The notes beneath the pieces are model-generated. The model made no database searches and was not told the DNA's origin. It saw only the letters and a program-made list of their open reading frames with translations. A program made the translations under genes and the position numbers. A stretch of 32,000 nt of DNA from Candidatus Methylomirabilis oxygeniifera (GTDB taxonomy: Bacteria > Methylomirabilota > Methylomirabilia > Methylomirabilales > Methylomirabilaceae), in the NCBI GenBank assembly GCA_000091165.1, contig FP565575.1, positions 2,070,001-2,102,000 on the forward strand. The letters are read 5' to 3'. Each line of letters starts with the position of its first letter. Positions within the stretch are counted from its first letter, which is position 1. Of this stretch, positions 24,942 through 32,000 are shown piece by piece.

Positions 24942-27374
24942 CTAGAACGCCTCGTCAGAAGCGGCCCAAGCCTCTCGCTCTTTCGCCTTCTCTCTGTCGT
25001 AGATCGTCCACTCGCCCTCTTCAACGACGGCAGCTTCGCGGACCATCCGTCCAGCCCTCGACAGAATGAACCAGCACAGAGGCAGAACACCACCGAACAG
25101 GAAGACCACGCCGCCGATTGACCGAAGCCAAGTCAGCGTGTGCCATACCTCGTTGGTGACGAACGACTGCTGGCGGCCATACCAGAACCCATACTGGAAG
25201 ATGTGGGCGAGCTGATACAGACCGACCGGGAACATATCCATGAGCATCATCATCACGATGCCGACCTGCAGGGACCAAAAGACAGTCTTGATCAGCTTCT
25301 CATTCCAGGCAGAGCGCTGGAACAGGTGCTGGCAGGCAAACAGCATACCGGCAATGGCGATGTTACCCTTGACACCGAACATGGCGCCATGGGCATGGTT
25401 GTTGGTGAGGTAGGTGCCGTGCTCATAGTAGTTGACGATGGGCAGGTTGATCAACGAGCCCATGACACCGGCACCGAAGATGTTCCAGAAGTTGACGGCG
25501 AGGATGAACGTCCAGACACCGTCCATCACGAAGCGCTGCTTGCCCTCAGAAAGGTGCTCATGGGCCTTGGTCCGCTCCGTCCGCATCTTCCAGGCGTCCA
25601 GGGTGATCAACAGCAGCGGCAGCACCTGCATGGTGGAGAAGACGCTGCCCAGTGCGATGATCCCTGTCGGCTTGGCGATCCAGTAGAAGTTGTGGGAGAT
25701 CCCGATCAGGGCGGTTACCAGGAACATCATGACGGCCAGGAAGATAACCCGCTCGGCCATCGCCCGGTTGACCAGACCCATCTGCACCAGCATGTACCCA
25801 ACGATACAGGTGGTGAAGACCTCGAAGGTGACCTCAACCCACATGTGAATGTTCATCCACCGCCAGTAGTCGGAGATGGCGAAGTTCTGCGATGGGGTCA
25901 TGAACATCCCGAAGAACAGGAACAGCACCATGATACCGCTGCCGTAGAACAGCCAAGCCGGCACTGACCAGAGGTTCTGGCTGGTGATCCAGGGCTTCAC
26001 AGCGCGGAAGATGATGTAGACCCACAGACAGAACGAGGCCAGCATCAGGATATGCCAGAAGCGGCCCAGCTCCAGGAACTCCCAGCCCTGGCTGCCGAAC
26101 CAGTAGGCCATGTCGTCGGTCAGCATACCAGTGTGGCCGGCATAAATCCCGAACAGCGCACCGGCGCCAACGAGCACGCACAGCGCAAAGAGTAGGTTGA
26201 TCAGGAACCGCTGCCCGTTGGGTACCTTCGAAATGCGGGGCAGGAAGAAAAGGGTGTAGCCAACCCAGGCCATGAAGAACCAGTAGATCTGGACGATGGC
26301 ATGATAGCTTCGGACGACGCTGAAGGGGATGACGAGTCCGAACGCGCCCAAGATCGCTTCACCCGGTCCACCGCCGACGAAATCCTCGGCGCCCAGGATA
26401 CCGGCCAGCACCTGCACCAGGAACAGGATGACAGCGAACGCAAAGAACTTATAGGTGGCGCGCTGAGTCGGCCGCACATAGGCATCGCCCTTGTTTTCAA
26501 GGTCGACCGTGGTGAGCGACCAATCGCGCCCGTTGAACGGCTCGCCGGGCAGGGACTTCATTTCGCCATAGACGTACAGGACCAGCATGGTGCCAGCGAA
26601 CAGCACGAGGATCGAGAGGAAGCTCCAGATGTACGTCGCGTACGTCGGGAGGTTGCCGGCATCAGGATCATACGGCCAGTTGTGGGTATAGCTGTAGATC
26701 TCGCCCGGTCGATTTGCGCCGGCTACCCAGCCGCCCCAGAAGAAGTAACCCGCCAATCCCTTGATGTCCTCCGGGTTGCTGACATAGCTCTGAATCCGAC
26801 CCTTCTGGAATGCCTCTTCATAGGTGGGATCGGTGAACATCTTGGTGTAATGGTCGACCAATTCATTATACGCAAAGATCTGGGCATCGTTCAGGCGGAT
26901 GACGCCTGCTGCTGCGTCATAACCGTTCTGATGAATCTCTCGCTTGACCTTTCCCGCGATCCCGTCCTTCTCGTCCTGGGTTGCGGGGCGGCCCTGCTCT
27001 TTCTCAATCTGCATCTCATAGTACTTGCCCATGGAGACGAAGGTTCGATGCAGAGCTTCTGCGGTGAAATCCGGTCCGCGCTCTGCGCCGTCACCCCAGA
27101 AGGATCCGTAGAGCATCAGACCCTTCAGGTGAAACACCTGCTTTCCACGATTCATGGAATGCTCAGCAATGACCACGTCCCCTGATTTGCTTACGAAGTT
27201 AACCAGAGGGGGAGCGCCCGCGTAGGTCCAGACGCCGAGAGCAATCAAACCGATGGTGCTAATCGCGGTAACGATCAAAGCATGAAGCCACCAATACTTC
27301 TTGATAAGTAGTACTTGTGCAAATGTCCTCTCGTTCTTGCCCTTTGCTGCAGTTCCGCTGGGATTCGGACTCAT
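24942..27374 (-). CDS. nod: qNOR-like heme-copper oxidase with altered active and quinol sites: candidate NO dismutase (upstream copy)
   Basis: 810 aa from ATG 27374, which has a GGGAGG SD 5 nt upstream (the track uses GTG 27413). It has the same architecture and motifs as the other copy: RSYH, YWRWMNIHMWVEV, GISHNFYW, STMQVLPL, NNHAHGAMFG. Confidence 0.85.
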   Translation of the reverse strand: MSPNPSGTAAKGKNERTFAQVLLIKKYWWLHALIVTAISTIGLIALGVWTYAGAPPLVNFVSKSGDVVIAEHSMNRGKQVFHLKGLMLYGSFWGDGAERGPDFTAEALHRTFVSMGKYYEMQIEKEQGRPATQDEKDGIAGKVKREIHQNGYDAAAGVIRLNDAQIFAYNELVDHYTKMFTDPTYEEAFQKGRIQSYVSNPEDIKGLAGYFFWGGWVAGANRPGEIYSYTHNWPYDPDAGNLPTYATYIWSFLSILVLFAGTMLVLYVYGEMKSLPGEPFNGRDWSLTTVDLENKGDAYVRPTQRATYKFFAFAVILFLVQVLAGILGAEDFVGGGPGEAILGAFGLVIPFSVVRSYHAIVQIYWFFMAWVGYTLFFLPRISKVPNGQRFLINLLFALCVLVGAGALFGIYAGHTGMLTDDMAYWFGSQGWEFLELGRFWHILMLASFCLWVYIIFRAVKPWITSQNLWSVPAWLFYGSGIMVLFLFFGMFMTPSQNFAISDYWRWMNIHMWVEVTFEVFTTCIVGYMLVQMGLVNRAMAERVIFLAVMMFLVTALIGISHNFYWIAKPTGIIALGSVFSTMQVLPLLLITLDAWKMRTERTKAHEHLSEGKQRFVMDGVWTFILAVNFWNIFGAGVMGSLINLPIVNYYEHGTYLTNNHAHGAMFGVKGNIAIAGMLFACQHLFQRSAWNEKLIKTVFWSLQVGIVMMMLMDMFPVGLYQLAHIFQYGFWYGRQQSFVTNEVWHTLTWLRSIGGVVFLFGGVLPLCWFILSRAGRMVREAAVVEEGEWTIYDREKAKEREAWAASDEAF
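25287..26553. repeat. Near-identical tract shared with 22000-23269
   Basis: See the partner feature. The offset is +3287 for the first two blocks and +3284 for the third, because a one-codon indel lies between them. Confidence 0.9.
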
Positions 27375-27621
27375 TGTTACCTCCCGTGGTTCTACCTCAT
27401 TCGAGGTGACCACCTTGCATTGTTATTACCGTGCCGTCTTGAGTTGGGATGATCCCAATTCACCGGGGGCGCCCGCGCTTCGCGAACAGTGCACAGGGCG
27501 CGGGTTTGACGGCAACCGCCTGTTGGAACAGGCGGTGACCCGCTACACTGCTTACCGATTCTCATCATACCGTCCATGGGGAACGCCTCCTCTGCGCCAA
27601 TACTGCGATCCCCTGTAGGCT

Positions 27622-27660
27622 TTGTAAATCCTGCGACTGAATCAATCCGCGATGCATATG
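27622..27660 (-). promoter_or_regulatory. Conserved upstream element, proximal copy (TTGTAAAT-N21-GATGCATATG)
   Basis: ttgtaaat (27622-27629) and gatgcatatg (27651-27660), 248-286 nt upstream of the ATG at 27374. Confidence 0.45.
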
Positions 27661-27690
27661 TACTATACTATTTACTATCCTCAGTGAGAC

Positions 27691-27730
27691 TCGTAAATCC
27701 TGCGATTGACTCAATATGCTGATGCATATG
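27691..27730 (-). promoter_or_regulatory. Conserved upstream element, distal copy (TCGTAAAT-N22-GATGCATATG)
   Basis: A direct repeat of the proximal copy (gtaaatcctgcgaYtgaMtcaat...gatgcatatg) with a 69-bp period. It is bracketed by the perfect 10-bp inverted repeat cctcagtgag (27679-27688) and ctcactgagg (27736-27745). Confidence 0.45.
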
Positions 27731-27944
27731 CACCACTCACTGAGGTTTTAGAGAGATCCCAGGGACGCGAGAGGGTAAAACATATAAAACAGGGTTTACC
27801 CGATCACGCAGTAACCCGACGATCTGTCGGTCGGTCCATGGCGCGGTGCTTATCAAGACTGCGTCCATCAGAACAGTATTCTGATACACAATAGAAGAAC
27901 CGATCCTCACTAGATTTGGCTGTGAATCGCTTCATCCTCGCCCA

Positions 27945-28847
27945 TCACGCTGCCTTATTGGGCTCCTTTGGAGCCCCTGGCGCCTGTCCTGCCTCCGCGC
28001 GAGCCGCAGGCTCCCGCCGTGCAATCTCGTTCACGTAGGCGACAGCCTCCAGTCGTGAGTGAACCTTGAGCTTACTGAAGATGTTCTGGATGTGGTTTCT
28101 CACTGTAGTTTTACTGATGAAAAGCTGCTCCGCGATAGCCGCCGTCGTTGCGCCCGTCCGCATCAGGGTAACAACCTGCAGCTCTCGCCGAGTTAAGTCA
28201 CCGACAGGAGATACGGTCTTTTCGCTCGCCGTAAGTTGAGTCTGAGCCAGTTGTTGCCGAACAAGCACCTCAAGCTGGTGCGCCGCAGTGACATCACGGA
28301 AGAGATGAACAACTGTCGGGGGTTGGTTGTCCTCACAGGGAAGAGCAACACAGCTCACATCGATCCATAGCGGTTTACCCGTCCTCGTCCGAGTAGCCAT
28401 CTCGAAATGCTGGATCAGATCTCCACGGCTCAACGTCATCTTCAGCGGGCAAGGCCACTGACAAAGCTGATTGCCGTTACTATCACGGCCGTTGAAGAAC
28501 TCACGGCATTGCTGTCCGACAACTTGTTGCGCGGAAGCTTCCAGGATAGTTTCAGCGGCTTGGTTGCAGAACAGAATCTCTCCGGTCGGCGCACTGACAA
28601 ACACGCCATCGGCCGTCTCAGCGAAAAGCTTGAAGGCGGCTTCGCGTGGTTCCGTAGGCTGTCCGCTTCCCGGCTCGTTTCGCGAATCCTTTTCATCGAC
28701 TTCATCAACTGCAGGTGTAAGCCGATGCTCGTCTTCGCCGTCTATGCGGTAGTCGACTGCCTCGCCTGTACGGACACCGCCATCACGCCGCAGGCCTGCC
28801 CTGGAAATTCGCACCGAACGTTTCGGTCCGTTGCCTGAATGCGCCAT
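27945..28847 (-). CDS. PAS-domain LuxR/FixJ-family transcriptional regulator
   Basis: 300 aa. The central PAS-like region (DGVFVSAPTGEILFCNQAAETILE...LWIDVSCVAL...VVHLFRDVTAAHQLE) carries five Cys. The C-terminal LuxR HTH is LTRRELQVVTLMRTGATTAAIAEQLFISKTTVRNHIQNIFSKLKV. No good SD, so the start is uncertain. Confidence 0.75.
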   Translation of the reverse strand: MAHSGNGPKRSVRISRAGLRRDGGVRTGEAVDYRIDGEDEHRLTPAVDEVDEKDSRNEPGSGQPTEPREAAFKLFAETADGVFVSAPTGEILFCNQAAETILEASAQQVVGQQCREFFNGRDSNGNQLCQWPCPLKMTLSRGDLIQHFEMATRTRTGKPLWIDVSCVALPCEDNQPPTVVHLFRDVTAAHQLEVLVRQQLAQTQLTASEKTVSPVGDLTRRELQVVTLMRTGATTAAIAEQLFISKTTVRNHIQNIFSKLKVHSRLEAVAYVNEIARREPAARAEAGQAPGAPKEPNKAA

Positions 28848-29089
28848 AGTTTTAATATAAAGTCCTCATTACGACCTGTCAAGCCGAAAAAAGGGGATAC
28901 AGATCCGCACGTATTTGCAAGGCTGACCCGATGCCTGGTACGCACGACCGGATCAGCACGGGTAATGGGGTCGGGCTTGTGACAGATACAGTGTCGCCGC
29001 TCCGCGCGACCGTCACTTCTGCCAAGGCGTATTTCATCGTTATGTTGCCGGAGGTGCGGCTGCGAGCCCTGGGAGACCGAAGAAAACGC

Positions 29090-29118
29090 TTGACAGGGGA
29101 TGCGGGCTGTGCGATAGT
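29090..29118 (+). promoter_or_regulatory. Possible sigma70-type promoter for the porin gene
   Basis: TTGACA (29090-29095), 17 nt spacer, GATAGT (29113-29118). About 180 nt upstream of the ATG. Sequence match only. Confidence 0.25.
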
Positions 29119-29295
29119 GACGCCCATCCTAAGGTCTAAGGCCCCACTGCAAGTCCGCACGGAGGTTAGGAAGCCCGCGTACGCCAAGCTAGAGATGGTC
29201 TCATCGGGGCGGGGTTGCTTCAGAGCCCCGCATCAGCAAAGCGCTCTGAATTCAGGAGCGCCGTGGTTAACCTAAAGAGCAGAGGGAGGGGGATC

Positions 29296-30819
29296 ATGGC
29301 TCAAAGAGGGTGGTGGATTCGTGGTGCCGTTGTGGGCAGTGCTTTACTGCTCGCTCCGGTTGGGGCGTGGGCCGACAAGCTCACGGATCTCGAGCAGGCC
29401 TTTGATGCGCAGCAGAAGTCGTTGCAGCAGTTGCAACAGGAGATGCAGCGGCTGCGGCAGGAGCGATCCGCGCAACAGGAAGATGTCACCAGGCGCGTGA
29501 TGGAGGTAGAAAAGAAGGCTGCAGAGGCCGCGGCATCGGCATGGCAAGTCGGATTTGATCCTTGGCCAGGGAAAGGCTTCTACGTGAAGTCGACCGACGG
29601 CCAGCACCGACTGAGTATCGGCGGGTACGTGCAAACCTTGGCGCAAGTCGAGGCATCGCGAAATGAAGAGGATGTCGACTCAGCAGACAAGTCGGCAGCG
29701 ATCAATCGACATAGGGCCAGCACCTTGAAGCTGCACCGCGTCAGGCTCCACTTTGATGTTCAACTCTTCAAGGACTTTGGTCTCCACATCAACCCGGAGT
29801 TCGTCGGCCCCACCGATACCAAGGGCAGCGGACCCTCCAGCACCACACGGATCGAAGCGGCGTTTGGTCACTACACGTATGCCCCCTGGTTGAGGGTAAA
29901 GGTGGGGCAGTTCAGGGACCAGTACGCGCTCGAGAACGGCTCGGTCCCTCAGGACCTGTACTTCGCCGCTCAGCGGTCGTTTATCACCAGAGCGCTGTCT
30001 CCAGACCTGCAGATGGGTCTCATGCTCTTCGGTGGGACGAAGCTCGCCGACATGCTGCCCATCTCCTACAGCGTGGGCGTCTATAACGGTTGCGGCCGGG
30101 TCGATCAGTGCACCACCGATAACGACGGCGATAAGGAGTATACCGGTCGAATCACCATTGCGCCCCCGATGCCGATCGGGAATCTCACCGTCGGCGCCAA
30201 CGCCGATTTCCGCACCTTCAACAATAAGAAGGGTGGCGCTCGCGACCTTGCGACGAATCCCGTCGCCGGCACCAACTACCACCGCTTCAACCCGACCAGC
30301 GTGTTGGGCGACCTCTTCGGGGGTGACGGTAACGGCACGAGCATGAACGGCTTCCGGATCAACGGCGACCGCACCACGACCGGTGCCGACTTTGTGTATG
30401 ACCTCTACCCGATCATCCTGACGGGTGAGTTCCACTACGCCTCCCAGGAGCGCGACGGATTGGGCACGGGCAGCAACGTCAATCTCGATGATCTCCGCAT
30501 GATGGGTGGCTATGGAACCGTCGGCTATTGGGTCTTCGGCAACAAACTGAAGGGCCTGCTGGTCAACGGCCGCTACGAGCACCTGCGGGTCGACGATACG
30601 AAGGGCAATTTCACAGCGGCTGCCGGTACTAATGAGCAGACGTTGAGGGTGCGCGTCGGCACCATGGGCGCAACCTGGTATGTCAACCCCAACATCTTCG
30701 TCCGGGCTAACTACGTGCTTACCGACGTCAACCCGGGGAAAAACTTCTTTGGGGTGAGCAACAATACGCAAGGCGAGTTGACCCACCAGGGAATCGCCGA
30801 GGCGGTATTCAAGTTCTAA
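29296..30819 (+). CDS. Outer-membrane porin, OprO/OprP (phosphate/anion-selective) family-like, with an N-terminal coiled coil
   Basis: ATG 29296 follows GAGGGAGGGGG (the track starts at 29215). Signal peptide (AVVGSALLLAPVGAWA), coiled coil (LEQAFDAQQKSLQQLQQEMQRLRQE), beta-barrel-like alternating pattern, and a C-terminal ...AVFKF. Confidence 0.7.
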   Translation: MAQRGWWIRGAVVGSALLLAPVGAWADKLTDLEQAFDAQQKSLQQLQQEMQRLRQERSAQQEDVTRRVMEVEKKAAEAAASAWQVGFDPWPGKGFYVKSTDGQHRLSIGGYVQTLAQVEASRNEEDVDSADKSAAINRHRASTLKLHRVRLHFDVQLFKDFGLHINPEFVGPTDTKGSGPSSTTRIEAAFGHYTYAPWLRVKVGQFRDQYALENGSVPQDLYFAAQRSFITRALSPDLQMGLMLFGGTKLADMLPISYSVGVYNGCGRVDQCTTDNDGDKEYTGRITIAPPMPIGNLTVGANADFRTFNNKKGGARDLATNPVAGTNYHRFNPTSVLGDLFGGDGNGTSMNGFRINGDRTTTGADFVYDLYPIILTGEFHYASQERDGLGTGSNVNLDDLRMMGGYGTVGYWVFGNKLKGLLVNGRYEHLRVDDTKGNFTAAAGTNEQTLRVRVGTMGATWYVNPNIFVRANYVLTDVNPGKNFFGVSNNTQGELTHQGIAEAVFKF

Positions 30820-30947
30820 TCTAGGAATTGATGGCAGGTTCTCCCGAAGCTCACCAGGCGCAGAGTTCGTATGGGAACGGCACTTGGTGAGCTTCGGCAA
30901 TCTGCTAACGCAACAGTCTTGAGTCGAGGAAGGAAGGAGATCTTATC

Positions 30948-31199
30948 ATGAAGTTCATCACGTTAGCCAAGGTGAGGCCTGGCGCATGGTCCAGGCTGAC
31001 CAGCGAGCTTCCTGCTGCCTGCTATGAGGGGATGAAGTGGGCGTACGTCACCTACGGCCAATATGATGTGGCGTTCGAATGGGAAGCGAAGGATTTGGAA
31101 ACAGCAAATAAGGTCATGAAGCATATGGCCGGATCCGACCTTCTGGCATCTGAGACTTTGGTCGTCGCTTCGACGCTGAAGGAATTCGGCCAAGTCTAG
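30948..31199 (+). CDS. GYD-domain protein
   Basis: 83 aa. GGAAGGAGA SD. The core YVTYGQYDVAFEWEAKDLETANKV matches the GYD-family signature. Confidence 0.6.
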   Translation: MKFITLAKVRPGAWSRLTSELPAACYEGMKWAYVTYGQYDVAFEWEAKDLETANKVMKHMAGSDLLASETLVVASTLKEFGQV

Positions 31200-31230
31200 C
31201 CACTATTCCCAGAACTTTAATCTGATCCCC

Positions 31231-31266
31231 GCAATAAACGCAATCCACGCGATAGGCGCAATCGAC
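31231..31266. repeat. Four tandem 9-mers of consensus GCRATNNRC
   Basis: gcaataaac / gcaatccac / gcgataggc / gcaatcgac, starting 32 nt after the GYD gene stop. Confidence 0.7.
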
Positions 31267-31413
31267 GCCTCAAGATTTTGACCACCCACTGCACCGCGCG
31301 CCGTACCAGTCGCTTTCTTTTCGTACCGAACGTATCAAACGACCTCTTACGCCTTCCTACTACCCCCTAGACTCCTAGAGCGTTGGACCGCCCTAAAACC
31401 GCAGAAGTTAGGC

Positions 31414-31442
31414 TTGACAAACTTATGGGAGCGATTTATCCT
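31414..31442 (+). promoter_or_regulatory. Possible sigma70-type promoter with a long leader to the FtsH-like gene
   Basis: TTGACA (31414-31419), 17 nt spacer, TATCCT (31437-31442). Sequence match only. Confidence 0.3.
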
Positions 31443-31692
31443 GGCTACGTATGGCGTAGCTCCTGTAGGTAATCACCGGGAGTAAACCAGAGAGGCGTAG
31501 AGTGTGCCCCTCTTGTCGGCTTCCCTAACTGAACGTGGACATACTGATGAGAAAGAAAGGGTGGGCTGGCCGGTACGCGGGGATTAGTATGAGAGACTTT
31601 CGCTTAGAAAGGTGTTATGCGTCTTGTATGACGTCCCGGATTTTTGGTGCACGGTTTCAGTACGTCCGGATAACACAAAGGAGGTTATTGCC

Positions 31693-32000
31693 GTGAACAA
31701 GCGTTACCTGAAGGTTGCGGGTGTGGTCGCCCTGATCCTCGTGGTCACGGCCGTAGCCTTTCTACCGTTCTATTGGAATCCCAAGAAAGCTTCTAGTCAG
31801 GTGATCTTCAGTGACTTTATAGACCTAGTGGAAAAGGGGGAGCTCGCCGGAACGGTGATCTTCAACGAAAACAGCCACACCCTTTACTTCCATATCGCTT
31901 CAGGACAGCACCTGCGGACAGTGTACAGCAAAGAGGCTACCGCATCTCTACAAGAGCTGCTGAAGCAGAAGGGCGTCCACTTTGCTGTTGAGCCACAAAG
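31693..32000 (+). CDS. ftsH: FtsH-like membrane protease, N-terminal part (runs off the right edge)
   Basis: Not in the ORF track. GTG 31693 follows AAAGGAGG. My translation is VNKRYLKVAGVVALILVVTAVAFLPFYWNPKKASSQVIFSDFIDLVEKGELAGTVIFNENSHTLYFHIASGQHLRTVYSKEATASLQELLKQKGVHFAVEPQ. This shows a TM helix followed by an FtsH-type periplasmic domain pattern. Confidence 0.55.
   Translation, partial: MNKRYLKVAGVVALILVVTAVAFLPFYWNPKKASSQVIFSDFIDLVEKGELAGTVIFNENSHTLYFHIASGQHLRTVYSKEATASLQELLKQKGVHFAVEPQ

Noticed and set aside
21655-27374. Tandem duplication as a mobile or composite-transposon structure
   Set aside because: No transposase, integrase, IS ends or flanking direct repeats are visible. 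The similarity is confined to the genes and short upstream segments.
27622-27730. Two ~38-bp direct repeats that superficially resemble a mini CRISPR array
   Set aside because: There are only two imperfect copies, no cas genes, and a third related copy upstream of the other nod paralog. A cis-regulatory duplication is more parsimonious.
29680-30900. 406-aa minus-strand ORF
   Set aside because: It is antisense to the porin gene, which has an SD, a signal peptide, beta-barrel periodicity and a C-terminal Phe. The minus-strand product has no recognisable features.

Overview
This is a 32-kb chromosomal window from a GC-rich bacterium. Its gene content matches what I know of the nitrite-dependent methanotroph lineage NC10 ('Candidatus Methylomirabilis'); that attribution is from memory, not a search.

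Layout:
- 1-4.8 kb, minus strand: denitrification cluster nirS, a terminator, then nirJ-nirF-napA. napA runs off the left edge and is missing from the ORF track.
- 5.1-18.0 kb, plus strand: housekeeping genes mtnA, an Slt-like lytic transglycosylase, coaBC, a family-4 UDG, three secreted or lipoprotein hypotheticals, priA, a TrmN6-like methyltransferase, and a CN-hydrolase plus nadE.
- 18.2-28.8 kb, minus strand: a PAS-LuxR regulator, two tandem ~810-aa qNOR-like paralogs, a monoheme cytochrome c, a 95-aa protein, a pentaheme cytochrome c, a CxxCH sensor-like protein and a small polytopic membrane protein.
- 29.3-32 kb, plus strand: an OprO/P-like porin, a GYD-domain protein and the start of an FtsH-like gene.

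Main finding: the qNOR-like pair keeps its heme ligands. Both copies, however, read His->Asn in the helix-VII His-His pair, Glu->Gln in the helix-VIII S-x-x-E-V-x-P-L motif, and AEDFVGG where canonical qNORs carry the quinol-binding His/Glu. This is the signature proposed for the still biochemically unproven NO dismutase (2 NO -> N2 + O2).

Secondary observations:
- A mosaic of nucleotide-identical blocks between the two paralogs, consistent with gene conversion over the catalytic core.
- A shared ~40-bp element upstream of both paralogs.
- G-quadruplex-type heptamer repeats that supply the stop codons of two plus-strand genes.
- An in-frame C/G-homopolymer palindrome inside priA.

I found no rRNA, tRNA, CRISPR array or recognisable mobile element.
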